From Patescibacteria group bacterium (lineage in GTDB: Bacteria > Patescibacteriota > Minisyncoccia > 2-02-FULL-40-12 > IGHO2-01-FULL-4-A): a stretch of DNA of 52,799 nt. This document shows, one piece after another, positions 35,817 to 45,725 of this stretch. The stretch spans positions 1 to 52,799 of the forward strand of contig JBBTSB010000011.1 in assembly GCA_038064915.1 (NCBI GenBank). The letters run 5' to 3'. Position 1 is the first letter of the stretch. Each line of letters opens with the position of its first letter. Below the pieces are notes generated by a model that saw nothing but the letters and a program-made list of their open reading frames with translations, ran no database searches and was not told the DNA's origin. The position numbers and the translations under genes were made by a program.

Positions 35817-36333
35817 TTTCTACTCTGATAATCCCCTGCGTATTTTTGTTGACCAAATATCCTTTTCTGTTATCCATCACTATGGTAGTGGCAAATTTTT
35901 TTTCATCCACATATTTTTGTAAGAGAGATCGACTCAAATCACCCGAAAGAATAAGCTTGTCAGATTTTTCGACCACTGCCAATAGTTCTTTGGTGAGAAC
36001 AGTTTCAGCATTTTTGATAAACAGTACGTGCTTATTGTTGGGCGCAAATTCAGAGAAAGTCTTTTGGGCAAGCTCTGTATTGCCGCTTTCTATGCTGACA
36101 ATATCTTTGTCGTTTTTTCGATCACCAATTTGCTCTTCAAACAGCAACCGAGCCTGCGACTTGAGACTATAAAAAACCACCGGCAAACCCTGCAATGCAA
36201 GCGAGGAAATCAAACTCACTGAAAAAAACGATGTACCCGATCCCTCTGCTCCAGAAATCAGCATAGGCAAAAAAGATACATCAAAATGGACTTCTCGTTC
36301 CTTGTTGTTTTCGGTGAGATAAAATTTGGTCAC
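35809..36333 (-). CDS. Hypothetical protein (possible degenerate P-loop fold)
   Basis: LISGAEGSGTS resembles a Walker A lacking Lys; overlaps both neighbours. Confidence 0.55.
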   Translation of the reverse strand: MTKFYLTENNKEREVHFDVSFLPMLISGAEGSGTSFFSVSLISSLALQGLPVVFYSLKSQARLLFEEQIGDRKNDKDIVSIESGNTELAQKTFSEFAPNNKHVLFIKNAETVLTKELLAVVEKSDKLILSGDLSRSLLQKYVDEKKFATTIVMDNRKGYLVNKNTQGIIRVENE

Positions 36334-37166
36334 TATTTTGTGTTACGATCTTTTAATTTCTTAATGGTCGGACTTCCAAGCAACGATTGCATTTGAGAAA
36401 TAGCAATTTGATTTAGTTGCATCAGTCGTTGTGATTGAGAAATTCCCTGTTTAATGAGCTCGGCATTGATGCCCTCAAGATTCGCAAGCACAACAAGTTG
36501 TGTCACATCGGCATAGTCTCGAATATTGCCATCTTTACTTGGATTTGCATCTCTCCACGTTTTGGCGGTTTTACCGAACAAGGCCATATTGAGTACGTCA
36601 GCTTCGGTCGCATAGATGATATTTATTAATTGCTTTGAAAGTTGTAGCGGAATCAAGTGTTCTTTAATTGCATCCGTATGGATTTTGTAGTTGATCTTCG
36701 CAAGCGTACGCTTCATATCCCAACCCAATACCAAACGCTGATTTTCTTCCTCCTTCAGGCGCTGAAATTCCTTAATGAGGAATAGCTTGAATTCGGCGCT
36801 GATCCAACTTGCAAATTCAAACGCGATATCTTTGTGAGCAAAGGTTCCGCCACCGTACCTGCCTGATTTTGAAACCAATCCGATGGCATGGGTGGTTTCT
36901 ATCCATTTTTGAGGGGAGAGGACAAAGCTATTACTTCCAGCTTCATTTTTAAACCCGTCGAATTCGACCAGGTTAAAATGCGGGTTATTGATTTTCTCCC
37001 ATAAACCAAGAAATTCGATAGCACTGCGAGATCGCATCCAATTTTTTACCACTTCAGCAGGAAATTCCTTGTTTTTTAGCTTCGCGATATCCGTAAGTGA
37101 GATAAAATCCCCCTGATCCTTGGGCAAAATATAGATTTGGATGCCCTTGGTAACGATTTTCTTCAT
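36333..37166 (-). CDS. KilA-N domain DNA-binding protein
   Basis: DFISLTDIAK, LGLWEKINNP, SKSGRYGGGTFAHKDIAFEFASWISAEFKL. Confidence 0.9.
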   Translation of the reverse strand: MKKIVTKGIQIYILPKDQGDFISLTDIAKLKNKEFPAEVVKNWMRSRSAIEFLGLWEKINNPHFNLVEFDGFKNEAGSNSFVLSPQKWIETTHAIGLVSKSGRYGGGTFAHKDIAFEFASWISAEFKLFLIKEFQRLKEEENQRLVLGWDMKRTLAKINYKIHTDAIKEHLIPLQLSKQLINIIYATEADVLNMALFGKTAKTWRDANPSKDGNIRDYADVTQLVVLANLEGINAELIKQGISQSQRLMQLNQIAISQMQSLLGSPTIKKLKDRNTK

Positions 37167-38737
37167 AGTATTTCTGATTGATAGCAACTCTCACAATACA
37201 CAATTTCCGGTCGGTCTGGCGAATAACTTGTCTCTATGTCCTTACCACACTTTGCGCAGGTACGCGAATAAATGGCAATAGGATTGAGTTTGCGGATGCG
37301 GGCGCGATCGCGGCAAAGCGGACAACGATCAGGTTTTGAGAGGTGAAACCTCTCAAGGAATTGGATTTCTTTGCCAATGAGCTGATAGTTTCTTCCGCAG
37401 TCGCGACATGCGAGCAAATCTCCGCTTGCGGGCTTATACTCGCGCTTATCTTCATCGCGCCACGAGAAACCCTGTGCAAGCGCCTGCTCTTTGGTCAACG
37501 GCGTCAAATATTCACCGGCATGGGTTTCATTGTAGGCCCACGGGCTTAATTTGGCCGGAAAAAATTCCCCGTACTCACCCGCCTTTGTCATTTGTAATTT
37601 GATATTTGAAATTGTCGCGAAGTATTCTTCGGGACTATACTGCTTATTCAGAATACAGTATTCCCCTTTTCGCAGTCCAACACAGCCAAATAAATTTCCC
37701 CCGCCATGACACCCGTAGCAATACTCCAAATTATGTGCTTCGTAGTTCCAAAAAGAAAATTTTATGTTGTTTGAGTTGAGTCCCACCCAGCAACATTCAT
37801 AGATCCATTCAGCGTTAAACGAAAACGATGTGTAGTCATAGGCATTTTTGGTATTGAGCGCCTGCAAAAATTGTCCGTAGCGAATATCCTCTCCCGTATC
37901 CACCCAGTAGGAGTTTCTTACGTTTTTGGAATTCCAAATGTAATCTCCGCTGACATTTTGGTTTTTATGTCCATGGAACTGCCTGCGCGGCTGTGTGAGA
38001 AAAAATGCTTTAGCTTTCTTGATATCAAATTCTTTGATTCGCTTTTCGTATTCTTCTTTGGAAAACTGCTCATTGTAGATGCAATAGCTTTTTTTCCGTA
38101 AATTGATACAACCATAGCAATTTGAACAGCCAACAAGATCTCGTGAATACCACACATCATGGCAATCACTGCAATCCTGTGAAAAAAATACTTGATAGCA
38201 ATGCTCGAGATTGACGCTTTCATAGCAAAGCTCCGCGTAATTGCTCCACGAAACATCAAAGCAATTTTTCATGTGTGAACACGAATTGCAATATCCGCAT
38301 TCTTCAGCGCGATCAAATTTGAAACACAAATAGCAACTTTTGCAATCGCTCGCGCCGTTGCAGTACTCGCTATCAATCATCGTAGAGTATTGCGTTTGCA
38401 AGGCCGGCTTGGGAACTGCTTTAAATAATTCGCCCCATTGCTCAAAAAACGGCCGAGAAAAATCATAATCACGCCCATATGATTTTGGGTCCCACGAATC
38501 TGAATGCCATTCTTTTTGTGGCATGATGGCATGTCCCGAGTCGGGATGCCAAAATGTGATCATTCCATCGCGCTTATACAAAATCCGATACCCAAACCAC
38601 GCCATACGCCTCCGCATCCGACACTCCGGGCACCATGTCGGCGGTGGGACGTGGATGGTTTCATAAAACGAAAAATCGTCCGGGTCGATGGTGAATGAGG
38701 AGGAGCAATTTTTGCAGGTCTTTATTTCACTTTCCAT
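37163..38737 (-). CDS. Cys-rich zinc-ribbon/solenoid protein, paralogue 4
   Basis: MESEIKTCKNC start; family motifs. Confidence 0.9.
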   Translation of the reverse strand: MESEIKTCKNCSSSFTIDPDDFSFYETIHVPPPTWCPECRMRRRMAWFGYRILYKRDGMITFWHPDSGHAIMPQKEWHSDSWDPKSYGRDYDFSRPFFEQWGELFKAVPKPALQTQYSTMIDSEYCNGASDCKSCYLCFKFDRAEECGYCNSCSHMKNCFDVSWSNYAELCYESVNLEHCYQVFFSQDCSDCHDVWYSRDLVGCSNCYGCINLRKKSYCIYNEQFSKEEYEKRIKEFDIKKAKAFFLTQPRRQFHGHKNQNVSGDYIWNSKNVRNSYWVDTGEDIRYGQFLQALNTKNAYDYTSFSFNAEWIYECCWVGLNSNNIKFSFWNYEAHNLEYCYGCHGGGNLFGCVGLRKGEYCILNKQYSPEEYFATISNIKLQMTKAGEYGEFFPAKLSPWAYNETHAGEYLTPLTKEQALAQGFSWRDEDKREYKPASGDLLACRDCGRNYQLIGKEIQFLERFHLSKPDRCPLCRDRARIRKLNPIAIYSRTCAKCGKDIETSYSPDRPEIVYCESCYQSEIL

Positions 38738-39767
38738 TATTCCTTCCCTGTGCTTCATATAACAAACGAGACAGGAGGTCCACGAATTCCTCCACTCCGG
38801 CTTCTTTCATGCGTTGCTGCGCAGAATCGCCCAAACCTTGGCCGATTTCCCCGATGACCCTCTGGAGTGCGCCATATACCTTCATGCGCGCGTTTTCAAA
38901 ACTTCCAAGAAAATCCTCAACACTACCGTTTACTTGTTCACCATAGGAAAAAGCTTTTTTACCACCATCATCTTTATTTATATTCAGACTAAACTTTGCA
39001 TACTGTGACCCGCTGATCATGGTCAATCTGCCCCTTTCTTTCTTGGAAATATGCATAGCTTGATCCGCGATTTTGAATGCCTCCTCGAAGGATGGTTTTT
39101 TCAAATCATCCCTATGAATCAACACACAACCAACACTAATGGTCGGCGATGTTACGTCGCCGGCAATAGGAGCGCTGATTTCCCCAGCAATGCGAGCAAT
39201 GATATTGGTAACATCTTCTTGCGTGACATTGGAGAGAAGAATGATAAATTCATCTCCACTTTTTCGAATGCCGATATCATTGTTACGAAGATGAGTTTTG
39301 ACGATTTTCCCAACATTCTGCAGAAGTAAGTCTCCAACGTCGTGACCCTTGGTATCATTGACCTGCTTGAAATAGTCCAGATCAAAAGCAACCAGAGCTG
39401 AAGCTCTCCCCGATTCGTTTTCGGCAATGCTTTTTTCGTAAAACTCTTTAATGCGTCCGGGTTTGAACAATCCGGTCAATTCATCAGTGTGTCCGAGGAG
39501 TTTTTCATCGACGGCTTTGATGATTTCATCAGAAAAAAACCCTCCGTCAGAGAAAACCTTGACGGTGTCTCGAGCAAGTTTCCGCAAAACCGGTTCGGCA
39601 AGATTCGGATTCGTCTTCTTTAAGCCTCCGTACGCCGAGTCGGCGGCTCTCGCCAAAATTCTACGCGTTTCCGTACGGATCATGCCCGAAAGCATTTCGG
39701 CCACGGCTCCGTTTTGTTTTTCGGGGGTTTTGCGCTGAATTGAGTATTCTGATGTTTTTTCTGTCAT
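38727..39767 (-). CDS. GGDEF-domain protein (SGDEF variant)
   Basis: TDELTGL, DLDYFKQVNDTKGHDVGD, RKSGDEF, ISVG and ADQAM motifs. Confidence 0.88.
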   Translation of the reverse strand: MTEKTSEYSIQRKTPEKQNGAVAEMLSGMIRTETRRILARAADSAYGGLKKTNPNLAEPVLRKLARDTVKVFSDGGFFSDEIIKAVDEKLLGHTDELTGLFKPGRIKEFYEKSIAENESGRASALVAFDLDYFKQVNDTKGHDVGDLLLQNVGKIVKTHLRNNDIGIRKSGDEFIILLSNVTQEDVTNIIARIAGEISAPIAGDVTSPTISVGCVLIHRDDLKKPSFEEAFKIADQAMHISKKERGRLTMISGSQYAKFSLNINKDDGGKKAFSYGEQVNGSVEDFLGSFENARMKVYGALQRVIGEIGQGLGDSAQQRMKEAGVEEFVDLLSRLLYEAQGRNNGK

Positions 39768-39872
39768 ATTATTTAAACATCCGGTATATCCATACTTTAA
39801 CCCGAAACCTGATCGTTTGTAAAACGATACCGCCGAGCAATCGCAAACGTCGTAGTTTGAATAGAAAGTTAT

Positions 39873-41612
39873 TCATGCAATTTCTTGCTGATAGCAGCGT
39901 TCACAGTACACGATTTTGGGATCATCAGTTGGATAGACTGATTGAATTTGTTTTCCGCATTTCATACATTCTCGCTCAAAAAACTTGAGTATGACGGGAC
40001 CGAATTTTCGTCTATAATTTTCCAGGCGAACCGACGGATGAATTTGTGGCAACGGAATATTGAACCTGCGATAAAATTGCAGTTCTTGGTTCGTAAAACG
40101 AAATTTTTTGTTATTGACAGTATCTAAAACCACTTCTTGTAAAATACTATCCTTAACATCGCGGATGTCCGTCGGCAAATCTTCTGCATTGATGCTCGCA
40201 CTGATCGTATCTTGGCTGCTCTCGGGAATATCTTCAACGCGATAGCCATACTTTTTTGCCGTTTCAATATCATCATATCCACTGAAGGCGTTTGCCATGC
40301 AAATGTTGTAGGGTGCTTGGGTATACTCCGGTGGGAAAAACTCCCCATATTCTCCTCGCTTTAGCATGGCAGTTTTCAGCTCATCAATTTTTACCCAGTA
40401 TTCTTGTTCGGTATATTGTTTGTTGAATATGCAAAACGACTTATTTTTCAGTCCTTCGCAGGCGAAACAATTGATGCAGTTGGTACAATTTTCACAAAAC
40501 TCAAGTTCCCGTGACGATTGATTCCAAAAGCAAAACTTGAGGCTAAAGTTTTTATTTCCGCCAAATGATTCGTAGCAAAATTGCGTATCCATACCACCTT
40601 CAAGATCCATGGAATCCCGTACGGTCAAACCTCCTATAGAATACGCCACATTTTCACAGCCAATCATGTAGAAACAGCCGTAGCAATTTTTACAGTCTTT
40701 GATGAAGTCACCAAAGGAATTGATGCTGCGATCATTATGGTTTTCTTTGTAGATGGCCTTCGCCTTAAGTTTTTCTAGCTCGCCTTTCCATTTTGCAACT
40801 TCATCACGATTACCAAGATTGATTGATTTCATTTTGTCACGATAACCTTCTTTGCTCAATTGCTCATTCATAAAACAGTATTTCTTGTGACGCAGATTCA
40901 CACTGCAAAAACATGACTCGCAATCTCGACAATCATAGAGAAACGCACAATCAATGCATTCGACAGCAAAATCCGCATATCGGCATCGATACAGGTTCGT
41001 TCCTTCCAAACAATCATAGCTTTGCGAACAGTTGAATAAGGTAAACCCTTCCATGCATTCTCGCGTCTGGAAAAAACCCATTCCGTATGCAGAGTCCTCC
41101 ACCCCGACGGAATCCAGGATTAAGTAGCAATTTTTCAAATCACGCGATGAGTTGTTATAGTCACTGTTGACTATTTTTCCTCGAATGGTGAGGTTGGGGT
41201 GAGGTAGATTGAGTTGAAATTGATGGTATTGCTCAAAGAACGATTTGCCAGGATCACACGAAAAAGCAAACGCAAAGGGATCCCATTGCTCTCCATAAAA
41301 AGACTCATGCTCATAGATTTTGTAGGGACTGCCGGGAGGGAACATGGAAATGATTCGTTTGCCCGTTAGCGTTGAAGTAGCGTGGAAGAGATGGTATGCA
41401 TTCTGTTGAGCTATTCTCCGTCGAATGCGCTCATGTGGCGTAATCGTTGGCAAGGGCACCTGCATTTTTTTGTAAAATTCTATGTCCTCCGGCCTCACAT
41501 AAAACCTTTCACCCGAAAATCGGCATGTCCGCCACTGCCCGCCTTTTTCATCGAGCTCGAGCTTTGAGAAATATTCGGCAATAGCTTTGTCAAATTGTGG
41601 TGTTTTACTCAT
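39873..41612 (-). CDS. Cys-rich zinc-ribbon/solenoid protein, paralogue 5 (divergent N-terminus)
   Basis: WRTCRFSGERF, CFCSVNLRHK, YGEFFP and C-terminal CMKC-x17-CERC. Confidence 0.88.
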   Translation of the reverse strand: MSKTPQFDKAIAEYFSKLELDEKGGQWRTCRFSGERFYVRPEDIEFYKKMQVPLPTITPHERIRRRIAQQNAYHLFHATSTLTGKRIISMFPPGSPYKIYEHESFYGEQWDPFAFAFSCDPGKSFFEQYHQFQLNLPHPNLTIRGKIVNSDYNNSSRDLKNCYLILDSVGVEDSAYGMGFFQTRECMEGFTLFNCSQSYDCLEGTNLYRCRYADFAVECIDCAFLYDCRDCESCFCSVNLRHKKYCFMNEQLSKEGYRDKMKSINLGNRDEVAKWKGELEKLKAKAIYKENHNDRSINSFGDFIKDCKNCYGCFYMIGCENVAYSIGGLTVRDSMDLEGGMDTQFCYESFGGNKNFSLKFCFWNQSSRELEFCENCTNCINCFACEGLKNKSFCIFNKQYTEQEYWVKIDELKTAMLKRGEYGEFFPPEYTQAPYNICMANAFSGYDDIETAKKYGYRVEDIPESSQDTISASINAEDLPTDIRDVKDSILQEVVLDTVNNKKFRFTNQELQFYRRFNIPLPQIHPSVRLENYRRKFGPVILKFFERECMKCGKQIQSVYPTDDPKIVYCERCYQQEIA

Positions 41613-43282
41613 GCGATTTCATTAGCATAGCATTCCCCGCAGTATATTACTTCCGGTCGTTCGGGGGCATAGCTGGTTTGGATCGGAGCCTGGCACTTCA
41701 TGCATTGTCGATCATACAATCGGGGCGGGTTGATTTGGGCAAGGCGAGCCATGTGACGGCAGTCGGGACAGTAGCGTGGAATCGGAAAGCCCCACAGGCG
41801 TAGCAAATTTAACTCCATGTGAATAAGACGAAATGGCTTGCCGCATTTCCCACAGCCAAGCACTTCATCAAGAATTGAGTCTTGTATATCATGGATCGAG
41901 TCAGGGATTTGATCGGCATTCATAGTAATTTTGTGCGATGACGGAGTCGGATCTCGCCATTTCCAGCCTGCCTGCGCAGGCAGGCCTTTTGCGAGCACCT
42001 CTTCTTTTGTCATCGGAAAATACTGAATCGCCTGTGATTCATTGTATGCAAATGGACTTAAATCATACGGCAAAAAATCTCCGTATTCTGGCATGTTAGC
42101 TACAATGTGATCTCTTAATTTTTTATACTCGTCTGGTGTATATTGTTTATTAAGTATTCTATATTTTTTCTTTTTTAAATTAATGCAAGCAAACGTATTT
42201 TTGCAACCCGTGTTGTACATAGAGTACTCGACGTCACTTGTGTCTTTCCATGCTCCAGCGCAGTATCTGATATTACTTCCGCCCTCACCAACAGTCATAC
42301 TATCCACCACACGCTCGGCGCCGTTTCCCCATTCGGTGAGATCATAGCAATCTTTGACGGGTTTCATGGTAATAAACTGGCAGTAGCGCGAATCTTCTAC
42401 TTCGTTTACTTGAAAGCAATTTAAGGCGTTCTTGGCATTAAAGACATAGTCCCCCGTTGAGTTCAAGTTCTGGAGGCTACCCTCCATGTAGCGATAGGGA
42501 TGTTTGGCCCAAAATTCATGTGCCTTAGCCTGAGCTTGTCGAAGGCCGGACCATGTATGAAGTTCAAAACTTTTGAGCTTTTCCGCATATTCCTCTTTCG
42601 AGTACGGCTCGTTGAAAATATAGTAACTCTTGCCACGTAAGTTCACGCAACCAAAGCAATTATTGCACCCAATCATGTATCTCGAGAACAAAACATCTGT
42701 ACATTTTTCCATGGTGTTTGAAAATGCACACTTGTATGAGTTGATATTTATGCATTCATATAAAAGTTGTCCATCAGCACAAAGTTGCACGTCCATGGAA
42801 TCTTTTGTACGAATCACCACAGTGGAATACGCAACATTTTCATTGAAATCTGCATTGAAAATCAGATAGCAATTTTTGCAACTGCCCAAATGATTTGCAT
42901 AGTCGCTGTTGATGAGCGTCGCATAGTCGGTGACGAGACCCATGTGCGGCGTGATTTTCTGGAGCTCCTTCATCTGCTCAAAAATATGTTTGTTGGGATC
43001 GTAGTCCAAAAAAAACGCTCCATCATCCCAGTCATCCGACCACCAGCATTTCGGACAATAGACGATGAGATGCTTTTCGGGAGCATGGATTGTGACCATA
43101 TCTTTTCCGCACAGATCGCAATTGCGCTTGTACAACACTCTCTCATTCCGGAACATGAGCCGTTTTTGAAATCGGCAAGGTGGACAATACCTAGGCGTCG
43201 GCACATCCATGTGTCGGTAAAAATCTTGATCCTGCTGATCAATAATGAACAACTGCTTGCAATTTTTGCAGTTATTTTCCAA
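41609..43282 (-). CDS. Cys-rich zinc-ribbon/solenoid protein, paralogue 6
   Basis: Probable TTG start at LENNCKNC; family motifs. Confidence 0.85.
   Translation of the reverse strand: MENNCKNCKQLFIIDQQDQDFYRHMDVPTPRYCPPCRFQKRLMFRNERVLYKRNCDLCGKDMVTIHAPEKHLIVYCPKCWWSDDWDDGAFFLDYDPNKHIFEQMKELQKITPHMGLVTDYATLINSDYANHLGSCKNCYLIFNADFNENVAYSTVVIRTKDSMDVQLCADGQLLYECININSYKCAFSNTMEKCTDVLFSRYMIGCNNCFGCVNLRGKSYYIFNEPYSKEEYAEKLKSFELHTWSGLRQAQAKAHEFWAKHPYRYMEGSLQNLNSTGDYVFNAKNALNCFQVNEVEDSRYCQFITMKPVKDCYDLTEWGNGAERVVDSMTVGEGGSNIRYCAGAWKDTSDVEYSMYNTGCKNTFACINLKKKKYRILNKQYTPDEYKKLRDHIVANMPEYGDFLPYDLSPFAYNESQAIQYFPMTKEEVLAKGLPAQAGWKWRDPTPSSHKITMNADQIPDSIHDIQDSILDEVLGCGKCGKPFRLIHMELNLLRLWGFPIPRYCPDCRHMARLAQINPPRLYDRQCMKCQAPIQTSYAPERPEVIYCGECYANEIA
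41966..41985. repeat. Perfect 20-bp palindrome inserted in frame
   Basis: GCCTGCCTGCGCAGGCAGGC adds LPAQAG, which the paralogues lack. Confidence 0.85.
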
Positions 43283-44000
43283 ATGCCTTGAGGATTTCCA
43301 ACGGAATCGTAAACACGACCGTGTTTGACTGGTCAGAGCTGATGTCGTTGATAGATTGCAAGGTGCGGAGGTGCAACGCGCCGGGAGAGTTTGCGAGAAT
43401 TTGCGCTGCATGGGCGATGTTTTGGGCGGCGGCGACTTCCCCTTCGGAGTTGATGATGACCGCGCGGCGCTCACGTTCTGCCTCGGCTTGCTTGGCAATC
43501 GTGCGTTCCATGTTTTCGGGTAATACGATATCTTTGAGTTCTACGTTGTTCACTTTCACGCCCCACGGATCGGTGGCAACGTCGACAACGGAACGGATAC
43601 GCTCGGAGACATGTTCGCGCTGACTCAACAACTGGTCCAGCTCCACTTCACCGACGGCATTGCGCATGGTGGTCTGCGCGAGCTGGGAAACGGCATAAAA
43701 ATAATCTTCAACTTCCAAGATCGCAAGCGATGCATCAGCAATACGATAGTAGATAACCGCGTTCACGCCCACGGAAATGTTGTCCTTGGTAATGGCTTTT
43801 TGCTCCGGCACATCAACTGCTTTGACACGCATGTCCACTTTTTTCATGCCCTGAAAAATGGGCAAAACAATGCGCCATCCCGGACCCTTCACGCCACTAA
43901 AACGACCCATAGTAAACATCACCCCACGCTCATACTGGTTGACCTGACGCAAACTGATGAGAATCACGAACAATACAATACCAACTATAATGTATGGCAT
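43272..44000 (-). CDS. SPFH/band 7 (stomatin/slipin) family protein
   Basis: QYERGV, ITKDNISV, AQTTMR, DPWGVKV and QAEAERERRA motifs. Confidence 0.93.
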   Translation of the reverse strand: MPYIIVGIVLFVILISLRQVNQYERGVMFTMGRFSGVKGPGWRIVLPIFQGMKKVDMRVKAVDVPEQKAITKDNISVGVNAVIYYRIADASLAILEVEDYFYAVSQLAQTTMRNAVGEVELDQLLSQREHVSERIRSVVDVATDPWGVKVNNVELKDIVLPENMERTIAKQAEAERERRAVIINSEGEVAAAQNIAHAAQILANSPGALHLRTLQSINDISSDQSNTVVFTIPLEILKAFGK

Positions 44001-44027
44001 AACTATGTTGATTAATTAATTATTTTT

Positions 44028-45725
44028 TTAAAGAATTTGTCTTTGATAGCATAATTCGCAGTATACATGGGAAAACTCAGTTTTCAAGTATACGGTGTTG
44101 GTTTCCTGATGACAAGAACTGCATTGTCGCGTATAGATCTGCCGGTGATCACTGATAAAACGCAATCGCCGGCGATGACGCTCAAACGGCGCCTCGTGAG
44201 GTATGGGCAAACCGAATCGCCGATAGAATTCCAGTTCCATGGGTATGATCCGATAGGGTTTGCCGGAACTCTCACAGCGGAGGACTTCGCCGATAATCTC
44301 GTCGCTTACATCAGAAATATCGTCTGGGACAACCATAAGCGTAGGAGGTATCTGATCTCGCACAAGAGGCTCATGCCTCGATGGAAAATATTCTTGAGCA
44401 ACCGTCTCGTGATATCCAAACGGCGAAAGTTCAAACGGAAAAAATTCCCCATAGCGATAGACGTGCCCTTTGCGATCGGTAAATGGCATCTCATTCATGT
44501 GGGCGATAATTTTCGCCTGCGGGGCAACGACATTTTTCGTTACATAATGGCGCTGCTGGAGGATCAACTCATGGTATTCACTTGGCGAATACTGCTTGTT
44601 GAGGATACAGTATGACTTGTCGCGCAAATTTATGCACCCAAAGCAGTTGTGACAATTCGAAAGCAGATATGAGTATTGAATATCGCGAGAACCACGCAAC
44701 ATCCCCGCTGAAAACATAATATGAAAAAGCTTTTCGGCACCGCCCATGACCTCATAGAGCAATTCGCCGTTCCAAATAGATGTGACGTCCATGGCGTCAC
44801 GCATTTCCTTTAAAAACATGCCGTATGAAACATGTTCGCTTTTATCGACTGCCGTGCAATGCAGACAATCTTTCGACTCGCGAATCACCTGACCGCTGAC
44901 ATTCGAAGATTGTTCGGTAAACAGCGCCCGCTGGGGGGTGACGTGCCAGAGAGCGTGGGCCTGGAGTCGGAGCGAAGCAAGTGATTTGTGGGAACTGAAC
45001 GGATGATCGACGAGAAACTGCTCATATTCTTCTTTCGATACGGGTTTATTGAATATGTGGTACTGCTTGTGCCGAAGACCGCTGCATCCAATGATATTGG
45101 AGCAGTCACGACAATCGAAGGAAAAATACGTATCACGGCAATCGAAGCAGAGAATGGAAAACCACGTTTTGTAGCAGTTTTCGCAAAACGTAGATTCATA
45201 GCAAAATTCGGAGTTTTGCAACCAGTAGTTGTCAAAACAATCACGGCATTTCAAGAGGTACTGGTTGTAGGCACAATCTTCGTTCAGGTGGCCACCGACG
45301 TTCAGGTAGCAGTTTTTCGCATCAAGCTCGTAGTTTACCCAGGGGCTATTGACCGTATTCTGCTGGAATAGCGAAAGGTGAGGAATGGATTGCTGGAGGT
45401 GGAGCCACTGCTCAAAAAACGGTTTTTTGAAATCATACGGACGGCCATAGTCCATCGGATCCCACCGATCGGAAAAAAAACAATCCGGACAGTAGACCTG
45501 AAGGTCCCGCTCCGGAGAATACATCGAAATTACGCTTTTGCGACAGAGGTCGCACGAACGCTTGTAGAGTGTCCGCTCGTTGCGGAACGCCAGCCTCCTC
45601 TGGAGGCGGCAATTGGGACAAAACGTCGGATGTGGGACATTGATGCGACGATAAAAACGGGCGTCCTCATCGCTGATGTGAAACGGCCTCTGACAGTTTT
45701 GGCACATAATACCTGCGGATTTCAT
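44028..45725 (-). CDS. Cys-rich zinc-ribbon/solenoid protein, paralogue 7
   Basis: CQNC...CPNCR...RNERTLYKR; family motifs (start may instead be 45707). Confidence 0.88.
   Translation of the reverse strand: MKSAGIMCQNCQRPFHISDEDARFYRRINVPHPTFCPNCRLQRRLAFRNERTLYKRSCDLCRKSVISMYSPERDLQVYCPDCFFSDRWDPMDYGRPYDFKKPFFEQWLHLQQSIPHLSLFQQNTVNSPWVNYELDAKNCYLNVGGHLNEDCAYNQYLLKCRDCFDNYWLQNSEFCYESTFCENCYKTWFSILCFDCRDTYFSFDCRDCSNIIGCSGLRHKQYHIFNKPVSKEEYEQFLVDHPFSSHKSLASLRLQAHALWHVTPQRALFTEQSSNVSGQVIRESKDCLHCTAVDKSEHVSYGMFLKEMRDAMDVTSIWNGELLYEVMGGAEKLFHIMFSAGMLRGSRDIQYSYLLSNCHNCFGCINLRDKSYCILNKQYSPSEYHELILQQRHYVTKNVVAPQAKIIAHMNEMPFTDRKGHVYRYGEFFPFELSPFGYHETVAQEYFPSRHEPLVRDQIPPTLMVVPDDISDVSDEIIGEVLRCESSGKPYRIIPMELEFYRRFGLPIPHEAPFERHRRRLRFISDHRQIYTRQCSSCHQETNTVYLKTEFSHVYCELCYQRQIL

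Noticed and set aside
39768-39872. c-di-GMP riboswitch upstream of the GGDEF gene
   Set aside because: Only a small ATCGTTTTACAAACGAT hairpin; no GEMM consensus recognised.
26073-45725. Diversity-generating retroelement acting on the paralogue 3' ends
   Set aside because: No reverse transcriptase in the window, and no near-identical template/variable repeat pair with adenine-specific differences; similarity is at protein level only.
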